Source: Hypanus sabinus
Lineage: Eukaryota
Assembly: GCF_030144855.1 (NCBI RefSeq)
Contig: NC_082736.1
Span: forward strand, 6,386,001 to 6,450,000
Direction of reading: 5' to 3'
Length of the DNA: 64,000 bases
This document shows, in pieces, positions 26,486 through 37,996 of this stretch. Position 1 is the first letter of the stretch, and every line of letters starts with the position of its first letter. The position numbers and the translations under genes are program-made. Under the pieces are notes generated by a model. That model saw only the letters and a list, made by a program, of their open reading frames with translations. It did not search any database and was not told the origin of the DNA.

Positions 26486-26654
26486 CACTTAGAGACTAAA
26501 ATTTTCCCAGAGACTGTTGATCTCAGCTTTGACTCAGCCCAGCACCTGAGGCTCCAGATTCCTTATATAAGGAATACAGAAGTTCCTAGTTCTCAGATTA
26601 AAGGAATATGATCTCATTTCCATCCTGAATGCTTGTCACCTTAATCTGTTCAAC

Positions 26655-26888
26655 AGACACAAGATGCTGGCGGAAGTCCGCAGGCCGGGCAGCATCTATG
26701 GGAAAGGGTAACGAGTCGATGCTTCAGGCTGAGAACCTTCACCAGGGAGAGATCTGATGGAAGGGTCTTGGGCCGATGTGTTGACTGTTTACTCTTTTCC
26801 ATAAAGGCTGCCTGTCCTGCTGAGTTCCTCCAGCATTTTGTGTGTATTACTTTGTATTTCCAGCATCAGCGGATTCTCTGGTGTTTGT
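26655..26888. mobile_element. Head-to-head (foldback) pair of PLE terminal modules
   Basis: Minus copy 26655-26746 and plus copy 26753-26888 meet at their hammerhead-motif 5' ends. Confidence 0.8.
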
Positions 26889-27884
26889 GATTTACGCCTC
26901 ATTCTGAGGGTATTTTCCTCAGTTATGGAGATCTCATTCAGGGGAAAGATCCTCCTTGCCTACTGCCAGTCACATCCAGAAAAAATCTAACAGATATCCT
27001 TGTTTTCCCATTAACTGCAGGAATACAGACCCAGCCCACTCACTCTCCTTTCACATAACCAACCCTCTATCCCTGGAACCAGCCCAGTCAGTGTGGGGAA
27101 CAGTCACTGAACTCCCTCTATTGCAGGGATATCCTTCCTGAGGAAGTGTGACCAAACCCGGACACTACATTCAAGGTTTGCTCTCACCAGGGCCCTATAG
27201 AATCCAGTGAGACATCTGTACCCCTCTTCTCCACTCCTCCTGGATCACAGGACAAAATACTGTTTGCCTCTCTCATTACTTGTAGTATCTGCATGTTAAC
27301 TCAAGTGATTTGTTTACAAGGACACCCAGGTCCCTCTGAACATTCCCATGTGGAATTAACTCTTACAGTTTGTTCCTGGGATTGGGTGATCTCACATTTC
27401 CCACATTCTGTTCCATCTGCCCCATCCTCAACTATTCACTCTCCTATCGACATCCCCCAAACCTTATCACTACTGACCCTGTCCCTCCTGCTCTGCCACA
27501 GCAACAGATGTTGTCACTGAGTTATGCCACACAGAAACAGGCCCTTCAGCCCAACACATCCATGCTGACCAACCTGAATTTGGCCCATGTCCCTGTGAAA
27601 CTTCCCTCCCGACAGTCCAAGTGAGTTGGCAACTGTGCCCCCCTAAACCATCCCTGGAGGTAGTTTGTTCCATGTAAACAGCACATTCTGTGAACAAAAC
27701 CTGCTCCTCAGGGTCCCAGTTAAATCTTTCCTCTCGCACTTTATACCTGTATTCTCTAGCTTCCAACTCCATGACCCTGGAGATAACAGATTCACTATTG
27801 ACCGTATCAATGCCTGTGATTATTTTATCAGTCTCTCTAATGTCACAAACACTTTGATGAGAATGTTCCAGCCGATCAGTGAGA

Positions 27885-28177
27885 AGGGGATCTGAAGTGT
27901 AAATATTTCACACAGAGAATAACTAGTATCCCGAATGAGCTGGCAGAGGACTGGGGGGAGAAGCCAATAAGGTCACTGTTCATGAAAACTTCCCAGGAGC
28001 CTGTCATTCACTGTGTACATCCTGCCCTGGTTTAACCTCCCAAAATAAAGTCTGTGATTTATACAGAACTGAAACCAACCCTTTGGTACAACTCATCGAC
28101 GCCAACCAAGTTGTCAAGCTGAACTCGTTCCATCTGCCTGCATTAGGCCCGTATCCCTCTCGACCTTTCCTATCCAT
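27885..28177 (+). repeat. Third, diverged copy of the block at 8965-9262 / 38067-38303(-)
   Basis: Shared cccaggagcctgtcattcactgtgtacatcctgccctggtt...gatttatacagaactgaaacc...ctgcattaggcccgt. Confidence 0.85.
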
Positions 28178-28300
28178 GGCGAGTGCATGGAATGGGCTGA
28201 CAGTGACCGCGGTGCAGGCGGAGATGATAGGGTCTTTTAACAAACTCCTAGATGGATACATGGAGTTTAGTAGATTAGAGGGCCATGGATAAGCCTAGGT

Positions 28301-29430
28301 CAGGTGTCGGCAACCCACGGCTCCGGAGCCACATGCGGCTCTTTGATCTCTGTGCTGCAGCTCCCTGTGGCTTTGGAAAATAAACGATGAGTGTTTGATT
28401 AAAATGTATTTTATGTTAGTTTGTTAGTTTTTGAAATGTTATTCTAAATTTGAAGATTATGGTGATCTTGTACAATCTAAATAAAACGTGTTTTTTGCCG
28501 CTATTAATATACGTCACCACTGCCAATGCCTGACACCCGCCAGTGCGCGTTTTCTTTAATTTTTCGATCCAAGGTCGGCTAACTATGGAGAATTCTAAAA
28601 AAAGAAACGTGATTGAAGAAAACAGAAAGTTTAATGATACGTGGGCAGATTCATTTGCTTACACTGCTGACGAGACTGGTTTACCGGTATGCTTAATATG
28701 CAATGAGAAACTAGCAAACAACAAAACATCAAAAGTCGCAAGACATTTCCAGAATAAACACGCAGCCTTTGCTCCAAAATACTCGGATGGAGATGAGAGA
28801 AAAAAAGTCGTTTCAGAACTGATGCGGAATGTTGATCTGAGCAAAAATCATTTCACGAAGTGGATGATGTCTGGAAAATCAATGACATACTCTAGTTTTG
28901 TGCCGCTCAGGAAATAGTCAGGCACGGGAAGCAGTTTACAGATGGTGAATATATAAAAGTATCTTTCATTAAGACTTCAGAACATCTATTCACGGACTTA
29001 AAAACAAGAGTGAAATTCAGCAGAAAATCAGGGATATGCCCCTCTCTGCAAAGACTGTCAAAGACAGAACCATAAAAATGGCAGAAGACATCACAAGACA
29101 GTAAATTAAAGACATCAATTCAGCTGTGGCCTACTCGATTGCCTGTGACGAGTCTAAAGACAAAGGTGATATTGAACAAATAGCGCTGTTCTGCCGGTAT
29201 GTAAACTCTGCCGGGCCACAGGAAGAAATGATTGAGTTGATACCTCTAAACAGCCAAACACTGGGGGAGGACATCTGTGAGGCTGTCTTGAATTGTTTAA
29301 GAGCCAAAGTAATAAAGACCACCCACCTGGTGTCAGTAGCTACTGATGGGGCACCAAGTATGACAGGAGCGCACAAGGGATTTGTGGCTTTACTGCAGAA
29401 GTCGCTGGAGAGAAAGCTGCTGACTTTTAG
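28301..29430 (+). mobile_element. hAT (Charlie/GTF2IRD2-EPM2AIP1-like) transposon, 5' half, pseudogenised
   Basis: Terminus CAGGTGTCGGCAACC after target gccTAggt. ATG 28585 MENSKKR..ENRKFND.W, BED-like PVCLICNEK..VARHFQNKH, YSIACDES.D, VATDGAPSMTG; frameshifts, stop and 3' truncation. Confidence 0.92.
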
Positions 29431-30777
29431 TTAGTCTATCTAACAGAAAGCTGTTAGATAGACTAACAGAATGAGAATAATTCAGGAACCAGTGGCAAGA
29501 GCCTCAATAGCTAAACTAACAAATAAAATTGTAATAAATTAAACTCAATATGTGAATATCGTTCACACTGGGGACATGGGACACATCTCACTGATATATT
29601 GGTTGACATTTCAACACTGTGCAATAACTTACAGCACTCACCATCATGAGAAAAATATTGAATGAGACTAAAAGTTAACATCACCAGGTCACAATGACCT
29701 GCACTCAAGAGTTTAACAGGGAAGTGGCGGGAGAGAAAGTGCAGGTAGAAGTTGCTGTTTGCCAGAACACACTGTGTTCCAGGAAGGTCCCATTGGAATG
29801 AAAAACCTCAACTACGTCCATTGTTCAAGTTAGAATACAACAGAAGGTAATTGTCGACCTGTTAATTTCACAAGTGTTGAGGGTAAAATGCTGGAGTCTG
29901 ATGTATGAAGAAATTACAAGTCATTTAGAGAAGTGAAATGTCATCAAACCGAGTGAACAATGTTCAGATTTGCAGCGACACTCTGCATGAAAATGGAACT
30001 TTCAGTCCATCTGGTCCAGGCTGAGGAACGCTCTCTTCCAGGAGGCACCCATATCCAACTGAACAAATTGGTTCAGATCACTGCTCCACGATGTTTACTC
30101 TGCCCTGCGCTGAACTTTGGGCTCTCTGTCCGTTTGCATGTTTTTCTCTCTCTGCACATTGAGTGTTTGACGGTCCTCTTTTTATTTGTTTTGTTCCTTG
30201 TATGTTCCTTTGTTTCATGGCTGCCTGTTAGGAGAGGAATCTCAAGGTTGTATAATGTCAGCATAATTTTAGTAATAAATGTGCTTTAAACTTTTGAACA
30301 TTGAGCACTGACTGGGAATTCCACGAGGCACAATATTCGATGCGGCAGAATTTGTTAGCCATGTCTAAAAGGGGTATGTGTGTGGTCCAACTATTTGGGA
30401 GGTCTGTCCTGTTCTGAGAAGTGAGCCAGGTTGACTGACTTTTCAGTGGCTGAGTCAGCTGAAGTTGCAACAAGGCTAGGGTACAGCTACTGCTCAAGAA
30501 TGGATAGTTTACAGGTAGTGTGCAGTCAACCTGGGCAAGAATTGGCTTTGAAGAGCAGAACTTCCCTTTGCACAGCAGGGGATGGACCCATTTCACATTC
30601 CAAGACAAGATAATGATTCAAGTGACAGATTGCCATGTAACAGTTGCTTCACTAATTCTTGATTATTATTGGCATTTAATGTGCAGATTGTTTTGGCTGC
30701 TAATACTGTATTATCGTAGTTTCAATGTGGATTACACAGACAAATAAGGAATTTGAACATAAGCAATTCCATTTCAA

Positions 30778-31680
30778 ACAGGGGAAAATGTGCAGATGCT
30801 GGAAATCCAAAGCAACACACACAAAATGCTGGAGGAACTCAGCAGGCCGGGCAGCATCTATGATAAAGAGTAAAGATTCAATGTGCGTTTGAGCAGAGAC
30901 CCTTAATCATGATTTGAAAAAAGAAGAGAAGTCCAATTACGAAGGTGCGGGAGGAAAGGAAGAAGTGAAAATGGTAGGTGATGTGTGAAACTGGGAGAGG
31001 GGACGGGCTATGGAAATAGATTGGTGATAGAGATGAAGGGCTAGAGGAAGGGGAATCTGATAGCAGAGAAGAGAAGACCGTGGAAGAAAGGGAGAAGGAG
31101 GGGATGGACAGGTAAGGAGATTAAGTAGGAGAAGGAAAAGGAATGTGGAATGTTGAAGGAGAGCAGGGGGCAATTAGTGGAAGTGCAAGAAATTGATGTT
31201 CATGCCATCAGGTTGGAGGCTACCCTTTTGGAATATAAGGCGTTGCTCCTCCAACCTGTTTGTGGATTCATTGTGGCAGGAGAGGTGGTGATGGACTGAC
31301 ATATTGGAAAGGGAACAGGAAGTGGAATTGAAATAATAGCCACGGGGAGATGCCACATTTCCTGGCAGATGGAGCAAAGATGTTTGACGAAGTGTTCTCC
31401 AATCTACATCAGGTTGCTCTGATATACAGGAGGCCACACCGGGACCACTGGATACAGTTGACATCCCCAACAGACTCGCAGGTGAATTTTTGCCTCACCT
31501 GGAAGGACTGTTTAGGGCCCTGAATGGTAGTGAGGGAGGAGGGGTAGGGGTGGGTATGACACTTTGCAAGTGTAAGTACCAGGAGGGGGATCAGTCGGGA
31601 GGGTTGAGTGGGCAAGGGAGTCACAAAGGGAGCAATCGCTGCGGGAAGTGAAGAGTGGGGGTGGGCGAGGAGATTACCAT
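30778..31680 (-). mobile_element. PLE 3' fragment (GIY-YIG + terminal module)
   Basis: IQGPKQSFQVRQKFTCESVG.V.CI..SRCGLLYI; RLEEQRLIF..GSLQPDGMNI. Confidence 0.88.
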
Positions 31681-34240
31681 TTGGTCATTACCAGTCTCTG
31701 AATAAACAACTCTGTAAAAAGTGATATTTCTTTGTTTAAACTTGAGAACAGTTTGTTTCAGAGGCCATGTTGTTCTCCTTGTGCACAGGTAACTAAGGTT
31801 TGATTGAAGAACGAGTGCGAGTTTTCAGATTCCAGCTACTGGGTGATGGTGGAAACATGGAGTTTCCTCTGAGAAACTGAACCCTTGGCTTTGTTTTACA
31901 GGAGAAAGGAATTCAGCCCCTGTAGCCAATCAGTCCTCAAACAGAATTCCTTGTGTGTGGAGTAGTCCATCACCTTTGTCCACTGTCGGAAGGCTGCAAC
32001 AGTAAAGAAGGAGCATTAGGTGGGTTTGAATCAGCTGAGGGAATAGAGGGAAACTGTGGCTGCCTCGGGCTGGGCTAGATCCCATGAATCGATGGGAAAA
32101 GAGGATGCCTCATGCTGGATTGAATCCCATTGGTCATCATGCATATGCCTTGGGGTGGATTTGACCCCATGATGCACGAAAGAAAGGGAATTCTGAAGTA
32201 TGAGTGAGTGCCTTGATTGTGTGTCTGAATGGTCACGTGAGAGTCTCTTACTCGACATCTAAGACGACTCGGTGGCTTGTTTATTCGTATATTGTGGAGC
32301 AGAAAGAATTAAGTATGTTGAGAAGGGGTGGAATGGAAGAAGGGAGTGCTTGCAGAAATACAGATAAAGGAGAAAGGAAACTTTCAGGAGCCCTGTGGTG
32401 TTCACCTGGAGAGAAATGCAGAAATAATTGGTTGCTCCTCACAGTAAGAGCAGAGAAGCTGAATAAAAAAGGTTAGAGAAATAGAGTCAGAAAGAACAGG
32501 AAAGTGTAATCAACTCTACCTCAATGTTTAAGAGACTACTAGACAGGAATATGGAGGAACTTAAGATGGGGGGTTATATGGGAGGCAGGGTTTGAGGGTC
32601 GGCACAACATTGTGGACTGAAAGGCCTGTAATGTGCTGTACTATTCCATGTTTAACAAGACACAACTCGTACTAATGTCTGAGTAGGAAGTAGTAGGAAC
32701 CTGTTTTACCCCTGTCCCCCACAGGTACAGTTACAACAAAGCCCACCCCAGTAGTGTCTTGCGAGTTCTTGAAGAGGCTGGTGTAAATCTCTCAAAAGCT
32801 CGATGGGAGAATGACCAATATGGAGACTTTTATGCACTTTGAACTAAAATGTCATGTTATACTGAAGTGTTTCCTTCACACTCCAGAGTGACATATGATA
32901 CACCATATTGCACAAAAAGCAGATGGGCACCTTAATAAATTTGTAAAGTAGATAAACAAAGTATTTCAGAAATACACTGATTTACTCGATTGTAATGAAT
33001 GTTATTGCAAATGATGATTAAGTGAGTCCAGGTTAAAGGAAATGTAGATTGTTACTTGTGTTAGATGAAAAGAGGTAAGTAAAATTCTGAGTGGTTTACA
33101 ATAATTTCAGATGAAATCAAATGCTTCAAGCTGTTAAGGGAGTGGATAATATTTGTGTGAGGACTGGAGACTCCCTGGACTGCTCTACCATTGTCTCATT
33201 AATATTGACCGTTGTATAAATATATTGTGACAGCTGCCCTGTATGATTTGAATGTTATTTTAACTTGTATTCTGTTTTATATTTAATAAAGATGACTGTG
33301 ACCACATTGTTGCTCATCATTACTATATTAAAGCTGTTTACAATTTCATTCTAAATTTTGTTTGAACGTTACCTGCTTTAAATGCATTTGACTTGTCACC
33401 CACTTGTGACTGGTATTTATTTTGTTCTGAACATTGTATAGTGTTACTTAGAGGGGGAAAAAACAACTATTCTAAATTATGGATTTTGCAGTTCTTTGAT
33501 TCACTTCAGGAAACATGGGGAGAAGGCGGAGGACAGTTACTTGTAAAAGGTGGGGCGTCAGTGAGAGGTGCACCTTGTTTATGGACAGTCTCGCCACTGA
33601 GTTCAAAGATGCCCTCAGCGCCAAAGCAACTTTGATAACAGTCAGTTTCACCCTCAGCCGCCACAAACACCACAGACTATGAAGTTTACTTTAAATAATC
33701 CTTTCCCAAACTGTACTGTAGAATTTGTACAATTGTAATTCTGCCCGCTGTAAAATGCCTCCTGATGTAAGCCGGTGTCTCAGTTTTTGGCCTTGATGAC
33801 TTTTTCGCCTGATATGATACTGGAAACAATGTCAGTGGATACGTGGTTTGTGCACCTCATGTCAAAGATGAGGCGGCACAGCTCCTGTTCCATACAAAGA
33901 ACATGACCCTTACTTATGAACGCATGTTGGTACTAAACGCTCGAGTTGTTGAGTGTGTTGTAGGGGGCCCATACATACGGAAGGTGGGTTAACAGTGAAG
34001 TCTGAACCCCTCAATTGTACTGAGTGATTCTGTTATAATGAACTGCCCCCCACCCCCGCCCCCGATTAGCTTCATTCCTTGCTGTGATGCTCTACTGTCC
34101 CGGGGTCACAACAGTCCGAACTATATTCCACCTTGCCAATGCCGAATGAACTGATTTAGCGTAAACACAAATTCTTTGTCCACTTTAAATTTGTCTTCTT
34201 AAGACAAAATTCCCCTTGAATGGTGCAGTAAAATTTGTAA

Positions 34241-34303
34241 CTCCCCGTCGGGGAATTGAACCCCGGTCTCCAACGTGACAGGCGAGGATACTAACCACTA
34301 TAC
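34241..34303 (-). pseudogene. tRNA-Asp (GTC) pseudogene, first 9 nt removed
   Basis: Minus strand GTATAGTGGTTAGTATCCTCGCCTGTCACGTTGGAGACCGGGGTTCAATTCCCCGACGGGGAG = vertebrate tRNA-Asp from position 10; TCCTCGTTA replaced by the hAT end; anticodon-stem and T-loop substitutions. Confidence 0.93.
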
Positions 34304-34770
34304 CGGGGGTCGGCAACCCGCGGCTCTGGAGCCACATGTGGCTCTTTTACGTCTGTGCTGCGGCTCCCTGTTGCTTTGGGAAATAATTGGTTGTGGCGAC
34401 CCTTTTCCTGGCACATCCGAACCGACTCACAATAAGATAGCCTACGGGGGTTTGCGAGCACAGAGCTTTGGAGCCTCTGCGCCATGGGGGGGGGGGCAGG
34501 TTGAGGGAGGCTTAAAAGTGAGGCTGAAGATTTCGAATAAAGTTTTTTTCCTTCGACTGCAGTTACCGACTCCGTGTCGTAATTTTAGCGCTGCGTGTAG
34601 CACACCGCTACATGGTCAGTATTTAGCCGTAGGCTATCTTATTGTGAGTCGGTTCGGATGTGCCAGGAAAAGGGTCGCCACAACCAATTATTTCCCAAAG
34701 CAACAGGGAGCCGCAGCACAGACGTAAAAGAGCCACATGTGGCTCCAGAGCCGCGGGTTGCCGACCCCCG
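34304..34770. mobile_element. Composite hAT-derived foldback MITE with perfect 144-bp inverted arms
   Basis: 34304-34447 is the exact reverse complement of 34627-34770; termini CGGGGGTCGGCAACC match the hAT end at 28301. Confidence 0.95.
34392..34612 (+). mobile_element. Short (221 bp) solo LTR nested in the MITE, probably Gypsy
   Basis: TGTGGCG...CGCTACA termini; 4-bp TSD tggt (34388-34391, 34613-34616); internal CTTAAAA and AATAAA. Removing it restores alignment to the hAT subterminal sequence near 28370-28400. Confidence 0.85.
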
Positions 34771-35384
34771 GTCTAGGGGATAATATTTTGTCCGATGGAA
34801 ATATAAAAGTCACTCAGTTCCTGCAGGCTTCAGCCTTTGTGGACCGCTGGGTTTTCACTTGTTGGAGAGAGAGAGAGAGATTAGTGAGAAAAGAAACTTG
34901 CCCGGGTCTTTTATGAAGCAAATCCGTTGAAACGGGAAAGTTGGTTCCTCGTTGTTAGTTCAAGAACATCGGTTCTATGGTACCTGCCACCGGCTCCCAA
35001 GCAAAGGGGAACCGAACGCACATGGCTTCCTTCAAATGGCTTCCTGCTACTACGGGATCATTAGTGTTTCTTCTGGTGCGTCTGAAGGGGTTGTTCCCCC
35101 AGACCCTCTTTTATACTTCCTCATGGGGTCACAGATATCAATCAGGTTGGGATGATGCAATCTCTTCTCAACCAGCCCACTTTGCCCGAGGGCTTACACG
35201 TAGCATAGTCCCCAATCCACAAATGTGGTCTCCAGGAGACAATGGTCAATGTTGCGTTATTTTGCATCACTGGGGAACGAGGCATCCAGCATGTCTCTCT
35301 CCCATTTCCTGGGTCTACTGACACCACCCCCGCCCAACTAGTGCTCTTGCAATTCTCACAAAGGAGGGGGCTGCCCGCATAACA
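34771..35384 (-). mobile_element. Truncated LTR, same family as 49828-50680
   Basis: gtctaggggataat..tgtccgatggaaatataaa aligns with 50030-50065; also shares cccagacc.cttttat..caatcaggttgggatgat; ends ..cataaca. The U5/polyA side is cut off at the MITE. Confidence 0.85.
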
Positions 35385-35457
35385 ACATAATGTAGCATTT
35401 GCAAACCTGCCAGTGAACATGGAATTTCCTATTTCAGTAGAATCGGGCTGATTTCAT

Positions 35458-35530
35458 CCTGGTCTTATATTGGGAAGGAAAGTGAGCGAGTCCTGGACTT
35501 ATATTGGGAAGGAAAGCGAAGGAGTCCTGG
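35458..35530 (+). repeat. 34-bp tandem duplication
   Basis: cctggtcttatattgggaaggaaagtgagcgagt / cctggacttatattgggaaggaaagcgaaggagt / cctgg. Confidence 0.85.
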
Positions 35531-36114
35531 TGAGTATGTCCTTTTACACACTGTGGTGGTAGTGCGTGTGGTTTGGGGTTGTGTGACAGGTCAAGGTGTT
35601 TTGGGTTGTGTGGAAGAAAACAAACGTGAAAACCGCAACTGACAGTGAGGAAGACGCACGTCACTCAGCAGACAAGAACTATTCAGTATTTTCTCTGTTT
35701 CTCAGAGTATTGGGTTCATCTGTGGGTTCCATACATCAGCAAAGACATTAATTCTAAGGTGCGATATTTTAGTAATCCGATACATTGTTGAAATGGGGTT
35801 TGTTTTGTCGCCCTGGTTTGGATATGGCCAAAGTGCAATGTGAGAGACACTGAAGTGGGTTGATAGTTCACAAATCTTCCATGTGAACAGTGTTCAAATG
35901 AAAGTAAATCAATAAATGCTGGGCAAAAACAGGACTAGTAACCAAAACTCTCAAACAGGTAACGGGCTCAAAAGAACATCAAATTATGGAACGAATAGCG
36001 CGAGTCTTCAAAGTCAGTTGACTCCAAAGTCCAGGTTCTCAGACAAGGCCAATGCAAAACAAAATCGAACCGTTGCTGTGCTCTGAGCAAGTCTCAAGAA
36101 GTGAGTCTACATCA

Positions 36115-37460
36115 GAGGTCAGTAAGTTGATGGAGAAGATACTGAGAGGCAGGATTTATGAAGGCATCATATGATTAGGAATATTCAGCATGGCTTTGTG
36201 AAAGGCAGGTCGTGCCTTACGAGCCTGGTTGAATTTTTTGAGGATGTGACTGCACACAGTGATGAAGGCAGAGCCGTAGATGTAGAGTATATGGAATTCA
36301 GCAAGGCATTCGATAAGGAACACAATGCAAGGCACATTGAGAAAGTAAGGAGGCATGGGATCCAAGGGGACGTTGCTTTGTGGATCCAGAACTGGTTTGC
36401 CCACAGAAGGCAAAGACTGGTTATAGAGTTGGTATATTCTACATGGAGGCTGATGAACAGTGGTGTGCTCCAGAGATCTGTACTGGGACCCCTACTCTTT
36501 GTGATTTTTATAAATGACCTGGATGAGGAAGTGGAGGGATGTGTTAGCGAATCTGCTGATAACACAAAAGGTTGGGGGTGTTGTGGATAGTGTGGAGTGC
36601 TGTCAGAGGTAACAGCGGGACATTGATAGGATGCAAATCTGGGCTGAGAAGTGGCAGGAAGGTATGATGTGGTTCATTTTGGTAGTTTGAATATGATGGT
36701 AGAATGTAGCATTAATGATAAGACTCTTGACAGTGTGGAGGATCAGAGGTCTGAATCCATAGGACACTAAAAGATGCTAAGCAGTCTGACGCTGTGGTTA
36801 AGAAGGCATACGGTGCCTTGATATTCATTAATCGTAGGATTGAGCTTTGGAGCTGAGAGGTATTGTTGCAGCTATATAAGATCCTGGACAGATCCCACTT
36901 GGAGTATTGTGCTCAATTCTGCTCGCCTCACTACAGGAAGGATTTGGAAACCATAGAAATGGTTCAGGTGAGATTTACAAGGATGATGCTTGGATTGGGG
37001 AGCATGCCTTATGAGAATAGGTTGAGTGAACTTGGCCTTTTATACTTGGAGCGGCAGAGGATGAGAGGTGACCTGATAGAGGTGTATAAGATGATGAGAG
37101 GCATTGATTGTGTGGATAGTCAGAGGCTTTTTCCAGGACTGAAATGGCTGCCACAAGTGGACACAGGTTTAAGGTGCTGGGGAGTAGGTACTGAGGAGAT
37201 GTCAGTGGCAAGTTTTTACATTCAGAGAGTGGTGAGTGCGTGGAATGGGCTGCTGGCAACGGTGGTGGAGGCGGATAAGATAGGGACTTTTAAAAGACTT
37301 TCAGATAGGTACATGGAGCTTAGAAAAAGCTATGTCCATGGAGGTACATGGAGCTTCGAGGGCTTTGGGTAAGCCTAGTAACTTCTAAGGTAGGGACATG
37401 TTCAGCACAACTTTGTGGGCTGAAGGGTCTGTATTGTGCTGGAGGTTTTCTACGTTTCTA
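36115..37460 (+). mobile_element. CR1 LINE, 5'-truncated (same subfamily as 205-2085)
   Basis: QHGFVKGRSCLT, SGV.Q.SVLGPLLFVIFINDLD, RGDLIEVYKMMRG; 3' tail. Confidence 0.93.
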
Positions 37461-37676
37461 TTAACTTAATTTGGATTAAAATGTTGACTTTGACTTATTT
37501 CTCCATAACGTTCTGTTTTCATGCAGAGGTCCAGTGATCCACATACAACGTTATTTCACCTCAAATTATAAAAGATTATATACACAAGATTATACAAAAT
37601 ACAAACATTAACTATTTATAAGACCGAAAAGTCAAATTAAAATGTGAATATTACTGTCTATAACACACTCAATTCC

Positions 37677-37996
37677 CGTGGGTGGGGGGTGGGGTCACTG
37701 TTCCCGGAAATGCCCCTCTGTACCCACTGTGTTCCAATGCTCGCAGTTTCTCAGTGGCACCACTGATTGACAGTTCTCTCTGACCCCGCCTCCCGTCACG
37801 TGACACCGTGTTGCGATGATGCCGTGCGGCGATTATGACGAGATGAAGACGCCACATCAACACCGACGTCGTTTCCATGGAAACGGTCCGGGATGGTGGG
37901 CACGGGGTTGTGGTAAAGTGGAGTCGGTCTCTACTTTGGGTTTCGGCTCCACTGTGGGAATCGGCCTCTCCTCTTCCTGCCCACGGAACAGTGAGT
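37677..37996 (+). promoter_or_regulatory. CpG-rich promoter-like cassette with putative first exon (copy 2)
   Basis: GC box, palindromic E-box GTCACGTGAC 37795-37804, palindromic X-box GTTTCCATGGAAAC 37871-37884, donor ACA|GTGAGT at 37990/37991. Confidence 0.5.

Noticed and set aside
28543-29434. Domesticated GTF2IRD2/EPM2AIP1-like host gene
   Set aside because: Has a transposon terminus, frameshifts, a stop and 3' truncation; it is a TE relic.
34241-34320. Dada-type tRNA-targeting transposon
   Set aside because: Termini and subterminal sequence match the Charlie-like hAT at 28301, and there are long TIRs.
35807-36110. Possible further LTR fragment starting TGTCGCCC
   Set aside because: Only one terminus, no TSD or paralogue in the window.
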